Of a stretch of 61,641 nt of DNA, positions 58,896 to 61,641 are shown one piece after another. The DNA comes from Bdellovibrionales bacterium (GTDB lineage: Bacteria > Bdellovibrionota > Bdellovibrionia > Bdellovibrionales > UBA1609), in NCBI GenBank assembly GCA_041690295.1, contig JAWLHR010000020.1, positions 1 through 61,641 on the forward strand, given 5' to 3'. Positions within the stretch are counted from its first letter, which is position 1, and every line of letters starts with the position of its first letter. Position numbers and translations under genes: made by a program. Below the pieces are notes generated by a model. It was not told where the DNA came from. It searched no databases and saw nothing but the letters and a program-made list of their open reading frames with translations.

Positions 58896-59957
58896 ATGTG
58901 GTTAAACAGCATCCATTACGAAAACATGGAACTCCTCGGAGAGGGCGCACAGGGCCGTGTTTTCAAGGCTTTACGCAAGGATCGCCACACTCAATTAAGT
59001 GAAACCGTCGCACTTAAAATTCTTCATTCCGAGACTGCGGTCGAACTTTGGAAAAGGGAATTCGAGTCGCTGCGGCGGGTCCGCTCACCTTACTGCGTGC
59101 AAGTCCTGTCATTTGACCGGGTCGACGGCCGACCCGCCCTGATTCTGGAATATGTCGACGGCATTTCGCTCAATCAGCTGATGCGAACTTGCATTTTAGA
59201 AAACTCCGACATTCGTGAGATCTGCGCCCAGATTGAGTGCGCACTTTTGGATTTGCACGCCTTCGGCGTCTATCATGGCGACCTAAGCCCCGCCAACGTG
59301 CTGGTGGATCGGACAGGGCAAATCCGTCTGCTTGATTTCGGATTGGCCAATGGTGGCGGACCCAACGCCAGATTGACTCCGCAATTCGCATCCCCCGAGC
59401 GCCTGGCTGGCGAAGCGCCGTCACTGCTTTCGGATTTATATTCCCTTGGCTGTATCGAATCTTTTCTCAGTGAAACTCCCCTCAACCAAGCCCATCGTCC
59501 GGAGTATTTGTCACCCGAACCTTCTTTGAGGCGGCCGCTGTTTCGGCGCTCGGATCCCTCAGTGAAGTACCAACTCGGTCAGAAAGTGGATTCCTGTTTG
59601 AGGCGCGCCCAGTGGAGCCGACAATTCAAAACCAGAACACAACAATTGATCCAACCGCTCAGCCGGGTGCGATCCTGGATTGCCATTCCCACCGTGGCTC
59701 TTTTTGCCTTGAGCACCTCTAGCGCCAGTTTGATCAACGTTTCTGAGTCCCGCGCCTACATCAAAGTCCGCGCGAACAAATGGGTGCACGTCAAGGCACC
59801 CGGGTATGGGAGCGGTTATGCGCCCGTTGATTTGAACGTACCCGCCAATCAGTCGGTGGTGCTTCAGTGGCGGACTTCCGGCGGGCGCGGGCAAAAGACG
59901 ATCACCCTTGCCCCGGGGAGCACCCTTACTTTAAAGGATCGCGACTTCTCGCATTGA
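58896..59957 (+). CDS. Hanks-type Ser/Thr protein kinase with TM and PEGA-like C-domain
   Basis: GEGAQGRV, VALK, HGDLSPAN, DFG, SPE, DLYSLG; hydrophobic segment; G.AP beta-rich tail. Confidence 0.88.
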   Translation: MWLNSIHYENMELLGEGAQGRVFKALRKDRHTQLSETVALKILHSETAVELWKREFESLRRVRSPYCVQVLSFDRVDGRPALILEYVDGISLNQLMRTCILENSDIREICAQIECALLDLHAFGVYHGDLSPANVLVDRTGQIRLLDFGLANGGGPNARLTPQFASPERLAGEAPSLLSDLYSLGCIESFLSETPLNQAHRPEYLSPEPSLRRPLFRRSDPSVKYQLGQKVDSCLRRAQWSRQFKTRTQQLIQPLSRVRSWIAIPTVALFALSTSSASLINVSESRAYIKVRANKWVHVKAPGYGSGYAPVDLNVPANQSVVLQWRTSGGRGQKTITLAPGSTLTLKDRDFSH

Positions 59958-60010
59958 CTCTAGCAAAATCCCTCCTCGCGCGGTTAATTCTCGGGAAGGA
60001 GGAATTTGCG

Positions 60011-60208
60011 ATGGACATGCCCACGGACCGACTTCAGATCCTCGAAATGCTGGCGGAGGAGTTGATGAAAGACTCACCCACCGAAGAAGTTGTCACGCGT
60101 TGTATGAAGGCGGCCGGCATCAAAGACAGCAAAGATCCCATTGATCGAATCAATCAGGTCTTAATGGCCCTCCACTTCACGGAACCCAAAAAAGAGATCA
60201 AGGAATGA
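60011..60208 (+). CDS. Small hypothetical protein
   Basis: AGGAGG RBS, ATGA coupling with the downstream gene. Confidence 0.7.
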   Translation: MDMPTDRLQILEMLAEELMKDSPTEEVVTRCMKAAGIKDSKDPIDRINQVLMALHFTEPKKEIKE

Positions 60209-61368
60209 AGAATAAAGAATTCGGCTTTGAAACCCGTGCCATTCATGCCGGCCAATCGCCTGACCCAACAACGGGCGCGATCATGACCCCGGTTTATCTC
60301 ACGTCGACCTACGTGCAATCTTCACCCGGAGTTCACAAAGGTTACGAGTATTCGCGAACCCACAACCCGACCCGCAAAGCCTATGAAGAATGTATCGCCA
60401 CCTTGGAAAGCGGAAAGTATGGTTTCGCGTTCGCTTCGGGATTATCGGCCTCATTCGTGATTTTGCATCTCTTTAAATCCGGTGACCACATCGTGGCCGG
60501 CGATGACATGTACGGTGGCACATTTCGCTTATTCGATAAAGTGCTTAAGCCGAATAATTACGAATTCTCCTTTGTTGATTTGTCCCGTCCCGAAAATCTG
60601 ACGGCCGCGATAAAACCCAACACCAAACTTCTTTGGCTTGAAACGCCAACCAATCCGATGTTGAAGATTTTCGACATCAAGGCCCTTTGCCAATTGGCCC
60701 ATGAAAAGGGATTGTTGGTGGCCGTTGATAACACGTTCATGAGCCCCTATTTCCAACGGCCGCTGGAGTTGGGCGCGGATATCGTGGTTCATTCGTCCAC
60801 TAAATATATTAATGGACATAGTGATGTGGTGGGTGGAGTTGTTGTTGTGAATGACTCCGCGCTCGCGGAGCGCCTGGCTTTTTTGAGTAATGCCATGGGG
60901 CCGGTGGCCTCGCCATTTGATTCCTTTTTGGCAATGCGAAGCCTAAAAACCCTCGCCGTGCGCATGCGTGCTCATGCCGAAAACGCCATGGCCGTGGCCG
61001 AGTATTTAAAAGCGCACCCGAAGGTGGAGCGGGCTATTTATCCGGGATTACCGGATCATCCGCAGCATGCGTTGGCGAAACGACAGATGAATGGTTTTGG
61101 CGGTATGGTGAGTTTTGTACTTAAAGGCGGGCTCGCCGAAACCAAAACCTTTCTGGAATCCGTGCGGGTCTTTTCATTGGCGGAAAGCCTCGGCGGAGTG
61201 GAGTCCCTGGTGAACCACCCCGCCATAATGACTCATGCCTCGGTGCCGGAAGCCACTCGCAAAGCACTGGGAATCACGGACTCCCTGATCCGGTTAAGCG
61301 TGGGAATCGAAACCAAAGCCGATCTATTGGCGGATCTCGAACAAGCCCTGGACAAAGTACGCCTCTAG
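60205..61368 (+). CDS. Cystathionine gamma-synthase/gamma-lyase (PLP trans-sulfuration enzyme)
   Basis: YSRTHNPTR, ETPTNP, VDNTF, HSSTKYINGHSD, LAESLGGVESL, RLSVGIE. Confidence 0.95.
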   Translation: MKNKEFGFETRAIHAGQSPDPTTGAIMTPVYLTSTYVQSSPGVHKGYEYSRTHNPTRKAYEECIATLESGKYGFAFASGLSASFVILHLFKSGDHIVAGDDMYGGTFRLFDKVLKPNNYEFSFVDLSRPENLTAAIKPNTKLLWLETPTNPMLKIFDIKALCQLAHEKGLLVAVDNTFMSPYFQRPLELGADIVVHSSTKYINGHSDVVGGVVVVNDSALAERLAFLSNAMGPVASPFDSFLAMRSLKTLAVRMRAHAENAMAVAEYLKAHPKVERAIYPGLPDHPQHALAKRQMNGFGGMVSFVLKGGLAETKTFLESVRVFSLAESLGGVESLVNHPAIMTHASVPEATRKALGITDSLIRLSVGIETKADLLADLEQALDKVRL

Positions 61369-61457
61369 GCCCGCGACGGCACAGGGCGCCACGGGTCCAA
61401 AGTTGACATCCGCGCGGGCGTGACGCTAAACGACTTAGCTCACGTCTATTATGCCGT

Positions 61458-61533
<76 letters not shown>

Positions 61534-61541
61534 CTTTTCAC

Positions 61542-61594
61542 TGGTCCATTCCGGACACATAGTTTACAGATTGTTCCGATCACATGGTTTACAG
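61542..61594. mobile_element. Possible insertion-sequence end (IS481-like tandem binding sites) downstream of tRNA-Phe
   Basis: Two 21-nt direct repeats, ttccggacacatagtttacag and ttccgatcacatggtttacag, with period 25; no transposase inside the window. Confidence 0.4.
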
Positions 61595-61641
61595 TTTTAC
61601 GGTAAACGGGTTTTGCCCTGGCTCCACCCGATCCGCTTCCT

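Overview
A 61.6-kb chromosomal window from a Bdellovibrionota (Bdellovibrio-like predatory) bacterium. The assignment rests on the gene order groES-groEL ... hit locus (Bd0108-like, Bd0109-like YD/RHS) - Tad/Flp pilus cluster and on FQNC/YQSC-type lipoproteins. Core content: four tRNAs (Ser-GCT, Arg-ACG, Asn-GTT, Phe-GAA), groESL, trmO, aat, rmuC, nadE, ndk, sucCD, mdh, a Tad pilus operon, an Mla/MCE ABC transporter and a cystathionine gamma-synthase/lyase. An accessory stretch after tRNA-Asn (about 4.7-13.6 kb) carries secreted proteins, gene remnants, a radical SAM enzyme and an operon of a CFI-box M12 protease plus two paralogous beta-barrels. Most notable observations: (1) an Mla system with two different ATPases whose motif losses are complementary, implying one active and one degenerate ATP site; (2) a recurring GTYTCA-N3-TGARAC palindrome, in three cases upstream of sigma54-type promoters of secreted-protein genes; (3) an L/F-tRNA-protein transferase with an apparent signal peptide; (4) a separate TadB/TadC-like plus Ser/Thr kinase module; (5) two microproteins missed by the ORF track (a 24-aa Lys/Ala histone-H1-like peptide and a KGG stress protein) and a protamine-like protein; (6) many apparently leaderless genes. 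All family calls come from motif recognition by eye; no searches were run.
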